A stretch of DNA of 64,000 nucleotides from a bacterium (GCA_031362565.1 JANLSU010000058.1:69925-133924); one strand, 5' to 3'; counted from the first letter of the stretch, positions 29,436-39,676 are shown. Notes: generated from the sequence alone by a model not told the origin. Made by a program: numbers and translations.

Positions 29436-30791
29436 GTGTACGAGACGTATTTCAAATTCGAGAAGTCGCCCTTCAAGGTCGTGCCCGACCCGAGCATGCT
29501 CTACGTTTCGCGCAGTGTCCGCGAGGCCATGGGGCGAATCGAGTTCGCGGTCCGGACCGGCAAGGGAATCACGGTGATGACCGGCGAGGTCGGCACCGGG
29601 AAGACGACTCTCATCAATCGCTTCCTCGACAAGGCCGGGCCCGACACGCAAACCGCCTATATCTTCAACCCGACGCTGTCCGGCCTGCAACTGCTCAAGA
29701 CCCTCGCCGACGAACTCGGAATTCAGACCTACGGCATGGCCAAGGTGGATTTGACCCGGGCTCTGTACGAACTCTTGCTCCGGAACCGCCAGGCGGGGCG
29801 GCGCACGATCGTGTTCGTCGATGAAGCGCAGGCACTGTCGCGCGAAGCCCTGGAAGAGCTGCGGCTGATCTCGAACCTGGAAACCTGGCACGAGAAGCTG
29901 CTGCACCTGTTCTTGGTCGGCCAACCCGAAATCTTGGAAAAGCTCGAGTCGTTCAACTTGCGCCAGTTGCGCCAACGGGTCGAGCTGTTCGTGCAGATCG
30001 AACCGATGAGTGCGACCGAGACACGGCAATACATCGAGCACCGCATCCGGGTCGCGAATCCATTGCGCGAGGTTGCATTCTCCGAAGCCGCGACGACGTT
30101 GGTGCACCAGCTCACCGGCGGTACCCCGCGCATGATCAACATCCTGTGCGACGCCAGCTTGCTGGTGGCGTATGTCGCGGAAACGACGACCGTCGCCGCG
30201 GCGCACGTGCGCGATGCGGTGCGCACCGTGGACGCGGGCCAAGTGAGCTTTCGCATGGACCGCCGCGGCGCGCGTGGCAACCGGTGGCGGCGCCTGCTGG
30301 GGGCGGCCGGTGCGGTGGCAGCGGCGGCGATGTTGGCCTGGACGTTCGACACCGCAGTGTCGCGCCAGGCGCGATCGAGCGACCCGGCGCATAGTGCGGC
30401 GGCGGCCGATCCGGCGGCCCAGGGGGTCCGCACCGACGCCGATCTGGCGCGCGTCGGCGGGGTCACGACGGAACATGCCTTCGTGCACGTGCGTTCGTGC
30501 CGGTCACGCGCCGAGGCCGAGACCTTCGCGGCCAGCCTGCCGCTCGAACCCGGCACCGTGGTCTACCTGCAGGCGGCGGTGCGTGACGGCACCCCGTGGA
30601 TTCGGGTGCTGTTGGGTGATTTCGCGACGGTCGCGGATGCCACCGCCTATGCGCGTCGTGCCACCGCGTCCGGCACTTTGACGTATGCACAAACCGTTGT
30701 CTTAGGGGAGGCGGGCCTCGAAGCATGGCACCCGCCCGGCATGGCGCCCGTCGCGCCAGGTACACCGGCCGGGGGCGCTCGCTCGGACTGA
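29436..30791 (+). CDS. ExeA-family AAA ATPase with TM segment and SPOR-like C-terminal domain
   Basis: YFKFEKSPF, GEVGTGKTT, VDEAQ, LEELRLISN, LVGQPE, GTPRMINILCD; C-terminal WIRVLLGDF. Confidence 0.85.
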   Translation: MYETYFKFEKSPFKVVPDPSMLYVSRSVREAMGRIEFAVRTGKGITVMTGEVGTGKTTLINRFLDKAGPDTQTAYIFNPTLSGLQLLKTLADELGIQTYGMAKVDLTRALYELLLRNRQAGRRTIVFVDEAQALSREALEELRLISNLETWHEKLLHLFLVGQPEILEKLESFNLRQLRQRVELFVQIEPMSATETRQYIEHRIRVANPLREVAFSEAATTLVHQLTGGTPRMINILCDASLLVAYVAETTTVAAAHVRDAVRTVDAGQVSFRMDRRGARGNRWRRLLGAAGAVAAAAMLAWTFDTAVSRQARSSDPAHSAAAADPAAQGVRTDADLARVGGVTTEHAFVHVRSCRSRAEAETFAASLPLEPGTVVYLQAAVRDGTPWIRVLLGDFATVADATAYARRATASGTLTYAQTVVLGEAGLEAWHPPGMAPVAPGTPAGGARSD

Positions 30792-30830
30792 AAACCGCGT
30801 ACGACCCTGTAGTCTTGCGCCACGAACGGA

Positions 30831-30839
30831 TGCTATAAT
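30831..30839 (+). promoter_or_regulatory. Extended -10 promoter (TGcTATAAT)
   Basis: Perfect TGnTATAAT ending 8 nt before ATG 30847. Confidence 0.6.
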
Positions 30840-30846
30840 GTCGCAA

Positions 30847-31965
30847 ATGCCTTTGACAGTTCCGTTCCTTGACTTACACAGCCAGATCGCACCTCTGAGG
30901 GACGAGTTCGACGCGGCGATCCGCCGGGTTCTGGATACGTGCGCCTTTGTCTTGAGTGAAGACGTGCGGGCGTTCGAATCCGAGTGGGCGGAGTACTGCG
31001 GAACCCGCTTCGCGCTCGGGGTCGACAACGGAACATCGGCGTTGCATCTGATCTTGCGGGCTCTCGAGATCGGCCCCGGCGACGACGTCATCGTGCCGGC
31101 CAACTCGTTCGTCGCGACCGCCGAAGCCGTGTCGCTCGCCGGTGCCCGGCCGGTGTTCGCGGATGTCGACGAAGCGACCCACCTCATGACCGCCCAGACG
31201 GTGCAGGCGGCCTTGACGCCTCGGACCCGCGCCATCATGGCGGTGCATCTCTTCGGGCGTACCGTCGACCTGGAGCCGTTGCAGGCCCTTGCCGCCGAAC
31301 GCGAAATTCATCTCATCGAGGACGCCGCCCAGGCGCACGGGGCGCGCTACCGCGGCCAGCGCGTTGGCGGCTTCGGGATCGCCGCCGGGTGGAGTTTCTA
31401 CCCGGGGAAGAACCTCGGAGCCTTCGGCGATGCCGGTGCGATCACCACCAACGACGAGCGCCTCTACGAAACGCTCCAGCAGTTGCGCGACCATGGACAG
31501 GCGCGCAAATACGACCATCGACGCATCGGGACGAACGCCCGGCTCGACGGCATCCAGGCCGCGATCCTGCGCGTCAAATTGCGTCATCTCGACTCTTGGA
31601 ACGCTGCCCGGCAGCGGGTCGCCGCAGTCTACGCGACACAGTTGCGTGACTCGGAGTTCCGTCTGCCTGCCCTGCCGCGTTCCGGGGAGGATCACGTCTA
31701 TCACCTGTACGTGGTCCGGCATCCGCAACGATCCGCTGTTGCTCAAGCACTCCAGGAAAACGGCATCGGTCACGGCTTGCATTATCCGGTTCCGATCCAC
31801 CGCACGGCCGCGTACGCGGACCTCGGTTTCGGCCCGGGCAGCTTCCCCCAGGCGGAACGCCAGGCGGAGGAAATCTTGTCGCTGCCGATGTTCGCGGAAC
31901 TGACCGACACACAAATAGAGCGCGTCTGTGACGTGCTCAAGCGAGCATCATTCGTGAGTGGATGA
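30847..31965 (+). CDS. DegT/DnrJ/EryC1/StrS family PLP aminotransferase
   Basis: VPFLDL, GTSAL, EDAAQAHG, SFYPGKNLGAFGDAG, NARLD, HYPVPIH. Confidence 0.92.
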   Translation: MPLTVPFLDLHSQIAPLRDEFDAAIRRVLDTCAFVLSEDVRAFESEWAEYCGTRFALGVDNGTSALHLILRALEIGPGDDVIVPANSFVATAEAVSLAGARPVFADVDEATHLMTAQTVQAALTPRTRAIMAVHLFGRTVDLEPLQALAAEREIHLIEDAAQAHGARYRGQRVGGFGIAAGWSFYPGKNLGAFGDAGAITTNDERLYETLQQLRDHGQARKYDHRRIGTNARLDGIQAAILRVKLRHLDSWNAARQRVAAVYATQLRDSEFRLPALPRSGEDHVYHLYVVRHPQRSAVAQALQENGIGHGLHYPVPIHRTAAYADLGFGPGSFPQAERQAEEILSLPMFAELTDTQIERVCDVLKRASFVSG

Positions 31966-31975
31966 CGGAGACGCC

Positions 31976-32803
31976 ATGCTTCCCACATCGATTGTGACGA
32001 CACAAAGGCGAGCCCGCAGTCCTCAGAGACACGAACATTCGGCGCTTGGCTCGGCGACCGAGGTGGAATTCACGCCTTGGATCGCGGATCCCGACACCGG
32101 AACGACGCCAAGTTTGGTCGTGAAGCAGATTCTCGACTATGTCTTGGCCGCGCTATTCGTGCTGTTCACTGTGCCGCTCTTCCTCGTGATCGCGATAGCG
32201 ATCAAGATCGCATCCCCCGGGCCGGTGTTCTTCATTCAGAAGCGCGTCGGCAAGGACGGAAGAATGTTTCCGTTCTACAAATTTCGCACCATGAAGGTCA
32301 ATTCCGACGATGCCGTGCACCGCGAATTCTCCCGCGAGTTCATTTGCGGCACGGAGCAGAATGGCAACGGCAACGGCAACGGCCATGGCCATGGCAACAA
32401 CCGCAACGCCAAGGAGACTCGCAGCACTCACAGCAATGGGAACGCCAAGGTGTACAAGCTCACCCGCGATCCGCGCGTGACGGCGGTCGGCCAGATCCTG
32501 CGGCGCACGAGCTTGGATGAACTTCCGCAGCTGTTCAACGTTCTGCGTGGCGAAATGAGCCTCGTGGGACCGCGCCCCCCGGTCGTGTACGAACTGGAGC
32601 ACTATCAGGATTGGCACAAGCAGCGGCTCGTGGCCCGGCCCGGCATCACCGGGTTGTGGCAAGTGAGCGGCCGCAGCAGCGTGCCCTTCGACGAGATGGT
32701 GTTGCTGGACCTGTACTATATCGAGCACCGCTCAACTCTGATGGACCTGCGCATCATGGCCAAGACGCTGCCGGTCATGTTGCTGGGGAGTGGCGGGTAC
32801 TAA
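31976..32803 (+). CDS. Second priming sugar transferase (Bac_transf) with an Asn/Gly/His-rich insert
   Basis: [42 protein letters not shown]. Confidence 0.88.
   Translation: MLPTSIVTTQRRARSPQRHEHSALGSATEVEFTPWIADPDTGTTPSLVVKQILDYVLAALFVLFTVPLFLVIAIAIKIASPGPVFFIQKRVGKDGRMFPFYKFRTMKVNSDDAVHREFSREFICGTEQNGNGNGNGHGHGNNRNAKETRSTHSNGNAKVYKLTRDPRVTAVGQILRRTSLDELPQLFNVLRGEMSLVGPRPPVVYELEHYQDWHKQRLVARPGITGLWQVSGRSSVPFDEMVLLDLYYIEHRSTLMDLRIMAKTLPVMLLGSGGY
32360..32401 (+). repeat. Hexanucleotide repeat (GGCAAC)3(GGCCAT)2GGCAAC encoding [14 protein letters not shown]
   Basis: Read directly from the sequence. Confidence 0.85.
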
Positions 32804-32845
32804 AGACAGACCGCCTCGGGGCGGCGCGCCGATCGGGAGACGTTC

Positions 32846-33874
32846 GTGCTGAACATCGGAGTGATCGGGGCCGGGTATTGGGGTCCAAACCTGATCCGGA
32901 ACCTGGGTGTGACCAAACGGTCGCGCGTGTCAATCTGTGCCGACCTCGAAGCCGGCCGGCGGGCTCATATGGAGGAGCTGTACCCGCACCTCCGCACGAC
33001 CGCCAACTACCTCGAGATCCTCGACGACCCTGACATCGCGGCCGTCGCCATCGCGACGCCGGTTTCTACCCACTACAAGCTCGCGATGGATGCGCTAGCG
33101 GCTCGCAAACACGTCTTCGTCGAGAAGCCGCTGGCGCAGTCGAGTGAACAATGCATGGAGCTGGCGCAAACCGCCGCCGAGCGGAACCTCGTGCTCATGG
33201 TGGGGCACACCTTTGTGTACACCGCCGCCGTCAACAAGATCCGCGATCTCATTGCTTCGGGAGACTTGGGCGAGATCCTGTACATCAACAGTACCCGGGT
33301 CAATCTCGGCGTCTTTCAGCCCGATATCAATGTGGTTTGGGATCTGGCGCCGCACGATATTTCGATCATGAATTACATCTTGGACGCGCGGCCGGAGCGC
33401 ATCGCCGCGCATGGACGCAGTTACATCCGTCCCGGAATCGAAGATGTCGCCTTCGTCGACCTCGAGTATCCGAACCGGATCATCGCCAACATCCACGTCA
33501 GCTGGCTGGACCCGTGCAAGATCCGCCGGACCACCGTGGTCGGCTCGAAAAAGATGCTCGTCTACGACGATGTCTCGAGTCTGGAGAAGATCCGCGTCTA
33601 CGACAAAGGTGTCAATGTGCCGCCGCACTACGATACTTTCGGAGAATTCAAACTGAGCTACCGGTACGGCGACATGCTCGCCCCGCGTCTCGACGAAGCC
33701 GAACCGCTCAAGGTCGAATGCCGGCACTTCCTGGACTGCATCGAACAGAAAAAACGCCCGCGTTCGTCGGGCGAAGACGGCCTGGCGGTCGTTTGTGCAC
33801 TCGAAGCCTCCAGCCAGTCGATCCGCGACTCGGGCCGCCTGGTCGACATCGCCTATCCGATCCTCAAGTCCTAG
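32846..33874 (+). CDS. Gfo/Idh/MocA family oxidoreductase (nucleotide-sugar dehydrogenase)
   Basis: GAGYWGPN, ATP…H, HVFVEKP, WDLAPHD, SWLDP. Confidence 0.9.
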   Translation: MLNIGVIGAGYWGPNLIRNLGVTKRSRVSICADLEAGRRAHMEELYPHLRTTANYLEILDDPDIAAVAIATPVSTHYKLAMDALAARKHVFVEKPLAQSSEQCMELAQTAAERNLVLMVGHTFVYTAAVNKIRDLIASGDLGEILYINSTRVNLGVFQPDINVVWDLAPHDISIMNYILDARPERIAAHGRSYIRPGIEDVAFVDLEYPNRIIANIHVSWLDPCKIRRTTVVGSKKMLVYDDVSSLEKIRVYDKGVNVPPHYDTFGEFKLSYRYGDMLAPRLDEAEPLKVECRHFLDCIEQKKRPRSSGEDGLAVVCALEASSQSIRDSGRLVDIAYPILKS

Positions 33875-33984
33875 GCTCTTGGGCAAGACGTCTCGAGCAC
33901 CAGCGCCGAGGCCCGCTCCCGTATACTGCCGGGGCGGCGCCGCGCCCTCCACGGCCGAGTCGGCCGCGCCGGGGAGGCTGGTTC

Positions 33985-35193
33985 GTGCGCGTCGTGCTCG
34001 CCAACAAATTCCTGTACCCCAAGGGTGGCGCCGAGCGGGCGGTGCTCGATCTCGGTGCGGAACTGACGCGGCGCGGCCACCGTGTCGACTACTTCGGCAT
34101 GGAGCATCCCGACAACGCGGTCCCGCCCGAAGCGGCCGAGCTGGTGCGTTTTCGCGACTACCATCAACCGGGATGGCGGCGCTGGCGCGACGCGGCCGAG
34201 ATGCTCTATTCGCTCGACGCCAAACGGCGCATGACGCGCCTGCTGCGCCGGGTGCGGCCGGACGTGGTGCATTTTCACAACATCTACCACCAAATGACCC
34301 CGTCGGTGATCGACGCCGTGCGCGACGCCGGCGTGCCGGCCGTGTTGACGGTGCATGACTACAAACTCGTTTGCCCGCGCTACGACATGTTGCGCCACGG
34401 GCAGCCCTGTGACGCTTGCGTCGAGGAAGGCCCGGTCGCGTGCCTGCGGTTTCGCTGTGCCGGATCGGCGGCTCGCAGCTTGTGGCTCGCGGCCGAATCG
34501 GCGCTGCATCGGGTGCGCGCCAGCTATGACGCGATTCGCCTGTTCTTGGTGCCGAGCCACTTCCTGGAGCAGGTGCTGCAGCGAGCCGGTTTCGAAACGG
34601 CGCGTTTGCGCTGGCTGCCGAATTTCGCCCCGCCGATTTCCGGGCCCGTGCCCGACGCCCAGGTCGGGCGCTTCCTCTATGCCGGGCGCCTGAGCCCCGA
34701 AAAAGGTGTCGAAACCCTCGTCCGCGCCGCGCTGGCGTTGCCACGCGGCGAGTTGATCATTTGCGGTGATGGGCCGTTGCGGGAACCGCTTGCGGCGCTG
34801 GCGCGAACGGCGCCACCCGGACGCATTCAATTGCGCGGCCACTTGGGAAGGGCGGCGCTGGCGGCCGAAATGGGCCGCGCATTCTGCACCGCCGTGCCGT
34901 CCGAATGGTTCGAGAACGCGCCATTCGCGGTACTCGAATCGATGGCCGCGGGACGCGCCGTGCTCGCCTCCCGTATCGGCGGACTCCCGGAACTCGTCCA
35001 GGACGGCACGACCGGCGCACTCTTGCCGCCGGGCGACATTGGGGCGTGGACGCGGGCCTGCGAGGCCGCTCTCGATGCACCGGAGCGCGTCGCCACCTGG
35101 GGCCGTGCGGCGCGCACTTGGGCCGAATCCGAGCGCTGCCTCGAGGCGCACGTCACGGCGCTCCTGGCGATCTACGGCGAGGTCGCAGCATGA
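33985..35193 (+). CDS. Glycosyltransferase family 4
   Basis: NKFLYPKGGAE, HFHNIYH, HDYKLVCP, GRLSPEKG, PSEWFENAPFAVLES; GGAGG SD. Confidence 0.88.
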   Translation: MRVVLANKFLYPKGGAERAVLDLGAELTRRGHRVDYFGMEHPDNAVPPEAAELVRFRDYHQPGWRRWRDAAEMLYSLDAKRRMTRLLRRVRPDVVHFHNIYHQMTPSVIDAVRDAGVPAVLTVHDYKLVCPRYDMLRHGQPCDACVEEGPVACLRFRCAGSAARSLWLAAESALHRVRASYDAIRLFLVPSHFLEQVLQRAGFETARLRWLPNFAPPISGPVPDAQVGRFLYAGRLSPEKGVETLVRAALALPRGELIICGDGPLREPLAALARTAPPGRIQLRGHLGRAALAAEMGRAFCTAVPSEWFENAPFAVLESMAAGRAVLASRIGGLPELVQDGTTGALLPPGDIGAWTRACEAALDAPERVATWGRAARTWAESERCLEAHVTALLAIYGEVAA

Positions 35194-36302
35194 CGGTGCG
35201 TCCGCTGCGGATCGCGATGCTCGGACACAAGGGAATTCCGGCCGCGCACGGCGGCATCGAACGCCACGTCGACGAGATCGCCCGCTGTCTGGTGCGCAAA
35301 GGGCATCGGGTCGACGTCTTCAACCGCCCCTACCATCCGTACGCCGGCGGAGAGTACGAGGGCGTTCACATTCTGCGCCGGCCGAGCATTCCGACCAAAC
35401 ATTTCGACGCCGGAACTCATACCGCGCTCAGCATGCTCGAAGCGGTGGCGTCGCGCCGCTATGACGTCGTGCACGTCCATGGCATCGGGCCGGGGATTTT
35501 TGTCGGACTGTCGCGGCCCTTCGTGCCGACGGTGTTCACGTTCCACGCGCAGGACTGGCGGCAACGCAAGTGGGGACCGACGGCGCGCTGGTGGCTGCAC
35601 CACGGCGAGTCGGTCGCCGTACGGCGTGCGAGCGCGGTGATTTGTGTGTCACGTTTACTCGTGAAGTATGTCGCCGAGCGTTATGGGCGCGACGCGGCGT
35701 ACATCCCGAACGGCGCCCGCCTTGTACCGGTGCCCGGCTCGCAGGCGCTCGACGGGTGGGGCCTGCAGCCAGAACGCTATTTGCTTTTCGTTGGACGGCT
35801 CATCTCGGATCGCGGTCTGCCCGCATTGCTGGAGGCCTACGCCGGACTTCCGGAAGCGCCGCCGCTCGTCATCGTGGGGGACGTCCAGCACGATCGCGAA
35901 TACGTCGACGAACTGCGCCGCCGCGCCGATCCGCGCGTCGTGTTCACGGGCTATCAGACGGGCCCGGCGCTGGCCGCCCTCTACGCGCACGCCATGCTCT
36001 GTGTCCATCCGTCGGAAGTCGAGGGTCTGCCGATCGCGGTGCTGGAGGCCATGAGTCATGGCCGGGCGGTGCTCGTCAGCGATATTCCGGAGAATCTGGA
36101 AGCCGTCGGCGACGCGGCGGCGTGTTTTCGCGTCGGTGACGTAGCGGCGCTGCGGGAGGCCCTGCAGAGCCTGCTCGCGAGCCCGGACCGGCGGCGCGAG
36201 CTCGGGTTGCGAGCCCGGCAGAGGATCGCGATCGAATATGATTGGGAACGCATCGCCACCGACACGGAACGCGTGTACGCTGCGGTGTGCGCCGGGGCGT
36301 GA
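35190..36302 (+). CDS. Glycosyltransferase family 4
   Basis: GHKGIPAAHGGIE, YIPNG, FVGRL, PSEVEGLPIAVLEAMS, SDIPEN. Confidence 0.88.
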   Translation: MTVRPLRIAMLGHKGIPAAHGGIERHVDEIARCLVRKGHRVDVFNRPYHPYAGGEYEGVHILRRPSIPTKHFDAGTHTALSMLEAVASRRYDVVHVHGIGPGIFVGLSRPFVPTVFTFHAQDWRQRKWGPTARWWLHHGESVAVRRASAVICVSRLLVKYVAERYGRDAAYIPNGARLVPVPGSQALDGWGLQPERYLLFVGRLISDRGLPALLEAYAGLPEAPPLVIVGDVQHDREYVDELRRRADPRVVFTGYQTGPALAALYAHAMLCVHPSEVEGLPIAVLEAMSHGRAVLVSDIPENLEAVGDAAACFRVGDVAALREALQSLLASPDRRRELGLRARQRIAIEYDWERIATDTERVYAAVCAGA

Positions 36303-36386
36303 AGTCTGGAATCCGGCGCGAATCGCTTGCAGCGCCGGCCCCGGACCTGATAAACAGGCCCGTTGGCGCCAGGGAGGTCGAAGTAG

Positions 36387-36971
36387 ATGAGGTTGAGGAT
36401 CGCCAGATCGAACCCGCCGGTTGCGGGGCTCTGTTCGGTTTTGGGATTCGTGGTGCTGGCCGCGGCGAGCTGCACGGTGCAACGTGTCCCGATCGGAACC
36501 CCGGCCGCAACCAAAGCCGGCACACCAAATCAGGGGCCGTACGATTTCCAGAAGGAACGGCCCTCACCACCCGCGCCGGCCACGGATGCTGCTGCGGCGC
36601 CGACGCTCGACACGCCCCAGGCGGCGGATTTGGGCAGCCCGGGCGTCGCCGTGCAGGATCTGCCGGCGCCAACGGTGTCGGCCGCGCCGGTCACGAGTTC
36701 GATCGACGCGCCGCCCGCAGCGCCGACTGCCGGCGCCAGCGGATTTCGCATTCAGGTCATGGCGGCGGCCGATGCGGCGACCGCCGACCGGACTCGCGCC
36801 GACATCGAATCGCGACTCGGCGTCAAGGCGTACGTCGTCTATCAGTCGCCGTACTACAAAGTTCGCGCCGGCAATTGTCCAACCCAAGAGGACTGCCGCG
36901 CACTGCAGGATCGGCTGCGCGGCGCGGGGTTCAATACCGTATGGCTCGTGCCGGACGCGATCGAGCGCTGA
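36387..36971 (+). CDS. SPOR-domain lipoprotein
   Basis: Lipobox AASC, Pro/Ala linker, GFRIQVMA…PYYKVRAG. Start uncertain. Confidence 0.78.
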   Translation: MRLRIARSNPPVAGLCSVLGFVVLAAASCTVQRVPIGTPAATKAGTPNQGPYDFQKERPSPPAPATDAAAAPTLDTPQAADLGSPGVAVQDLPAPTVSAAPVTSSIDAPPAAPTAGASGFRIQVMAAADAATADRTRADIESRLGVKAYVVYQSPYYKVRAGNCPTQEDCRALQDRLRGAGFNTVWLVPDAIER

Positions 36972-36994
36972 AGCGGACTGCAAGGGGATCCATC

Positions 36995-37996
36995 ATGCAC
37001 GAGTTGCGCAAGGATCCCGTGACGGGACGCTGGGTGATCATCGCCTCGGAGCGCGCCAGCCGGCCGACCGATTTCATCATCGACCGTCAAATGCCCGCCG
37101 GCGGCACTTGTCCGTTCTGCTATGGCAGCGAGGACCACACGCCCCCCGAGGTGCTCGCGTACCGTCCGCCCGATAGCAAACCCAACTCGCCGGGCTGGCG
37201 GGTGCGCGTCGTGCCCAACAAATACCCGGCGCTCAAGATCGAAGGACCGCTCGGGCGGCGCGCCGCCGGTTTGTATGATCTGATGAATGCCGTCGGCGCC
37301 CATGAAGTGGTCATTGAATGCGCCGATCACCACTTGCAGCTGGCCGACCTCGACAACGAGCAAGTTGCGGAAGTTCTATGGGCTTACCACGATCGGTTCG
37401 CAGACTTGAAGAAGGATCCGCGGTTCCGCTACATCCTGATCTTCAAGAATCAGGGTGCCGAAGCGGGCGCCACGCTCGAGCACGCGCATACGCAGATCAT
37501 CGCTACACCCGTGGTTCCCAAGCGCGTCAGCGAAGAGATCCAAGGGGCGCGGCTGCACTTCGAACAACGCGAGCGGTGCATCTTTTGCGACCTGCTGCAC
37601 CAGGAGATCGAAGGCCGCACCCGCGTCGTCAGCCAGAACCAACACTTCGTTGCCCTCGAGCCCTTCGCGGCGCGGTTCCCGTTCGAGACGTGGATCTTAC
37701 CGACGCAGCACGCGGCGCATTTCGAGGACCTCGACGAGAAACAGGTGCAATCGCTGGCGGAGACTCTGGGTGACACCCTGCGGCGCATGAAAGTGACGCT
37801 CGAGACACCGCCGTTCAACTACGTGCTGCACACGGCGCCGACGCGTGGCGATGGTGTCGCCGAGTACTACCACTGGCACATCGAGATCATGCCGAAGCTG
37901 ACGCGGGTCGCGGGGTTCGAGTGGGGCAGCGGGTTCTACATCAACCCAACGCCGCCCGAAGTGGCCGCCGAAGCCCTGCGCTCGGCATCGATCTAG
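36995..37996 (+). CDS. galT: Galactose-1-phosphate uridylyltransferase (GalT/HIT family)
   Basis: ELRKDP…WVIIA, CPFC, PNKYPAL, HEVVIE, HAHTQ, CIFCD, YHWHIE. Confidence 0.88.
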   Translation: MHELRKDPVTGRWVIIASERASRPTDFIIDRQMPAGGTCPFCYGSEDHTPPEVLAYRPPDSKPNSPGWRVRVVPNKYPALKIEGPLGRRAAGLYDLMNAVGAHEVVIECADHHLQLADLDNEQVAEVLWAYHDRFADLKKDPRFRYILIFKNQGAEAGATLEHAHTQIIATPVVPKRVSEEIQGARLHFEQRERCIFCDLLHQEIEGRTRVVSQNQHFVALEPFAARFPFETWILPTQHAAHFEDLDEKQVQSLAETLGDTLRRMKVTLETPPFNYVLHTAPTRGDGVAEYYHWHIEIMPKLTRVAGFEWGSGFYINPTPPEVAAEALRSASI

Positions 37997-38017
37997 GGGC
38001 GCGGGAGGCGGTTCGCG

Positions 38018-39517
38018 GTGCACGTTGGATTCATCGCGGCGGAAGCGGTGCCGTATGCGAAGGTCGGCGGACTCGCCGATGTCGCCGGCGCGCTGCCGCG
38101 CGAGCTCGAGCGCCAGGGCGTGCGGGTCACCCTCGTCGTGCCCGGGTATCGCAGTATCGACCGCCAACGCTGGGGAATCGAAAGGGTCGAGGCTCGCGCC
38201 GCCCGCCTCGTCAACGTCGGTGGCCGGCGTGAACCCTGGGTCCTGGAAGCGGCAACGTTGCCGGACTCCAACGTCGAGGTCTTGTTCGTCGGTGGCCGCT
38301 ATTTCGATCGGGACGGAATCTACACCGACGCAAGGTCGGGGCGGGAATTCGACGACCAACTCGAGCGCTGGGTCTTCTTCGCGCGCGCCGCGCTTGCGGC
38401 ACTCGCGGAGCGCGGCCAGCGCCTGGATCTGCTGCACCTCAACGACTACCACACCGCGCTCGTCGCGGCCTACGCGCGCGAGGTCCATGCCGACCCGAGT
38501 GTGGCGCATGCGGCGACCTTTTTCAGCATTCACAACCTGGGCTATCAGGGATTCTTTCGGGCTCAGCAATTCGGCGTCACTGGTTTGCCGAGGGCGTATC
38601 TCGACCCGATGGGGGCACTGGAGTTCTGGGGTGCGATCAATCTGATGAAGTGCGGCCTTGTTCTCGGCGATGTGTTGGGGACGGTGAGTCCGACCTATGC
38701 GCGCGAGATTCAGTCGAGCGAGGAGTTCGGACATGGGCTCGAGGGCGTCCTCAGGGCCCGCAGCCATGACCTCATCGGGATCCTGAACGGAATCGATACC
38801 GATGCATGGAACCCGGCCACCGACCCGGGGCTCGCCGCGCACTATTCCGCCGCCGACATCGCCGGCAAGGTCCGGTGCAAGCAGGCTCTCCTCGACCACC
38901 TGGGAATGCCCTTCGAACCGGATACGCCCGTGCTCGCGTCCATCGGCCGGCTCGCGGGACAGAAGGGGATCGACTTGATTCTGGAGGCGCTCCCGGCACT
39001 GCTTGGCGCCGGGCTCCAGGTCGTGGTGCTCGGCTCGGGGCAACCGGAGTACGAGGCGGCGCTGCAGGATTACGCGCGCCGTTTTCCGCGCCAAATCGCC
39101 GTTCGCCTCGAGTTCGACAATGGGCTCGCGCACGTCATCGAAGCCGGGGCGGACTTTTTTTTGATGCCGTCGCGCTACGAGCCCTGCGGCCTGAATCAGA
39201 TGTACAGCCTGCGCTACGGGACCGTGCCGATCGTGCGTCGCACCGGCGGCCTGGCGGACACCGTCCAGGAGTGGGACGCCGCCACCGGCGCCGGCAATGG
39301 GTTCACTTTCATCGCATTTCACGCCGATGCACTGCTGGGGGCGGTCGACCGCGCGCTCCGAATCTACCGCGACGCGCCGGCGATGCGGCAGCTCCAACTC
39401 GCCGGCATGAGCGCCGATTTCTCCTGGGCCGCGTCGGCGCGGCGCTACCGGGCGGCATACGACGCGGCGCTCGCGCGGCACCGCGCCCGCGCCCGTGGCG
39501 GTCCTTCCCACGCCTGA
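38018..39517 (+). CDS. glgA: Glycogen synthase
   Basis: KVGGLADV, HLNDYHT, IHNLGYQG, TVSPTYA, GILNGID, PSRYEPCGLNQMY, TGGLADT. Confidence 0.93.
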   Translation: MHVGFIAAEAVPYAKVGGLADVAGALPRELERQGVRVTLVVPGYRSIDRQRWGIERVEARAARLVNVGGRREPWVLEAATLPDSNVEVLFVGGRYFDRDGIYTDARSGREFDDQLERWVFFARAALAALAERGQRLDLLHLNDYHTALVAAYAREVHADPSVAHAATFFSIHNLGYQGFFRAQQFGVTGLPRAYLDPMGALEFWGAINLMKCGLVLGDVLGTVSPTYAREIQSSEEFGHGLEGVLRARSHDLIGILNGIDTDAWNPATDPGLAAHYSAADIAGKVRCKQALLDHLGMPFEPDTPVLASIGRLAGQKGIDLILEALPALLGAGLQVVVLGSGQPEYEAALQDYARRFPRQIAVRLEFDNGLAHVIEAGADFFLMPSRYEPCGLNQMYSLRYGTVPIVRRTGGLADTVQEWDAATGAGNGFTFIAFHADALLGAVDRALRIYRDAPAMRQLQLAGMSADFSWAASARRYRAAYDAALARHRARARGGPSHA

Positions 39518-39533
39518 AGGGCGCACGACCCGG

Positions 39534-39561
39534 TTGACACTGGGCGCCGGATCCGTACCAT
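39534..39561 (+). promoter_or_regulatory. Sigma70 promoter of the tRNA-Gly/Cys operon
   Basis: TTGACA, 16 nt spacer, TACCAT, ending 15 nt upstream of tRNA-Gly. Confidence 0.65.
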
Positions 39562-39575
39562 ACGGGAGGTTTCGA

Positions 39576-39651
<76 letters not shown>

Positions 39652-39676
39652 CTCTTCTCTTGCCTGATTTCCCCAA

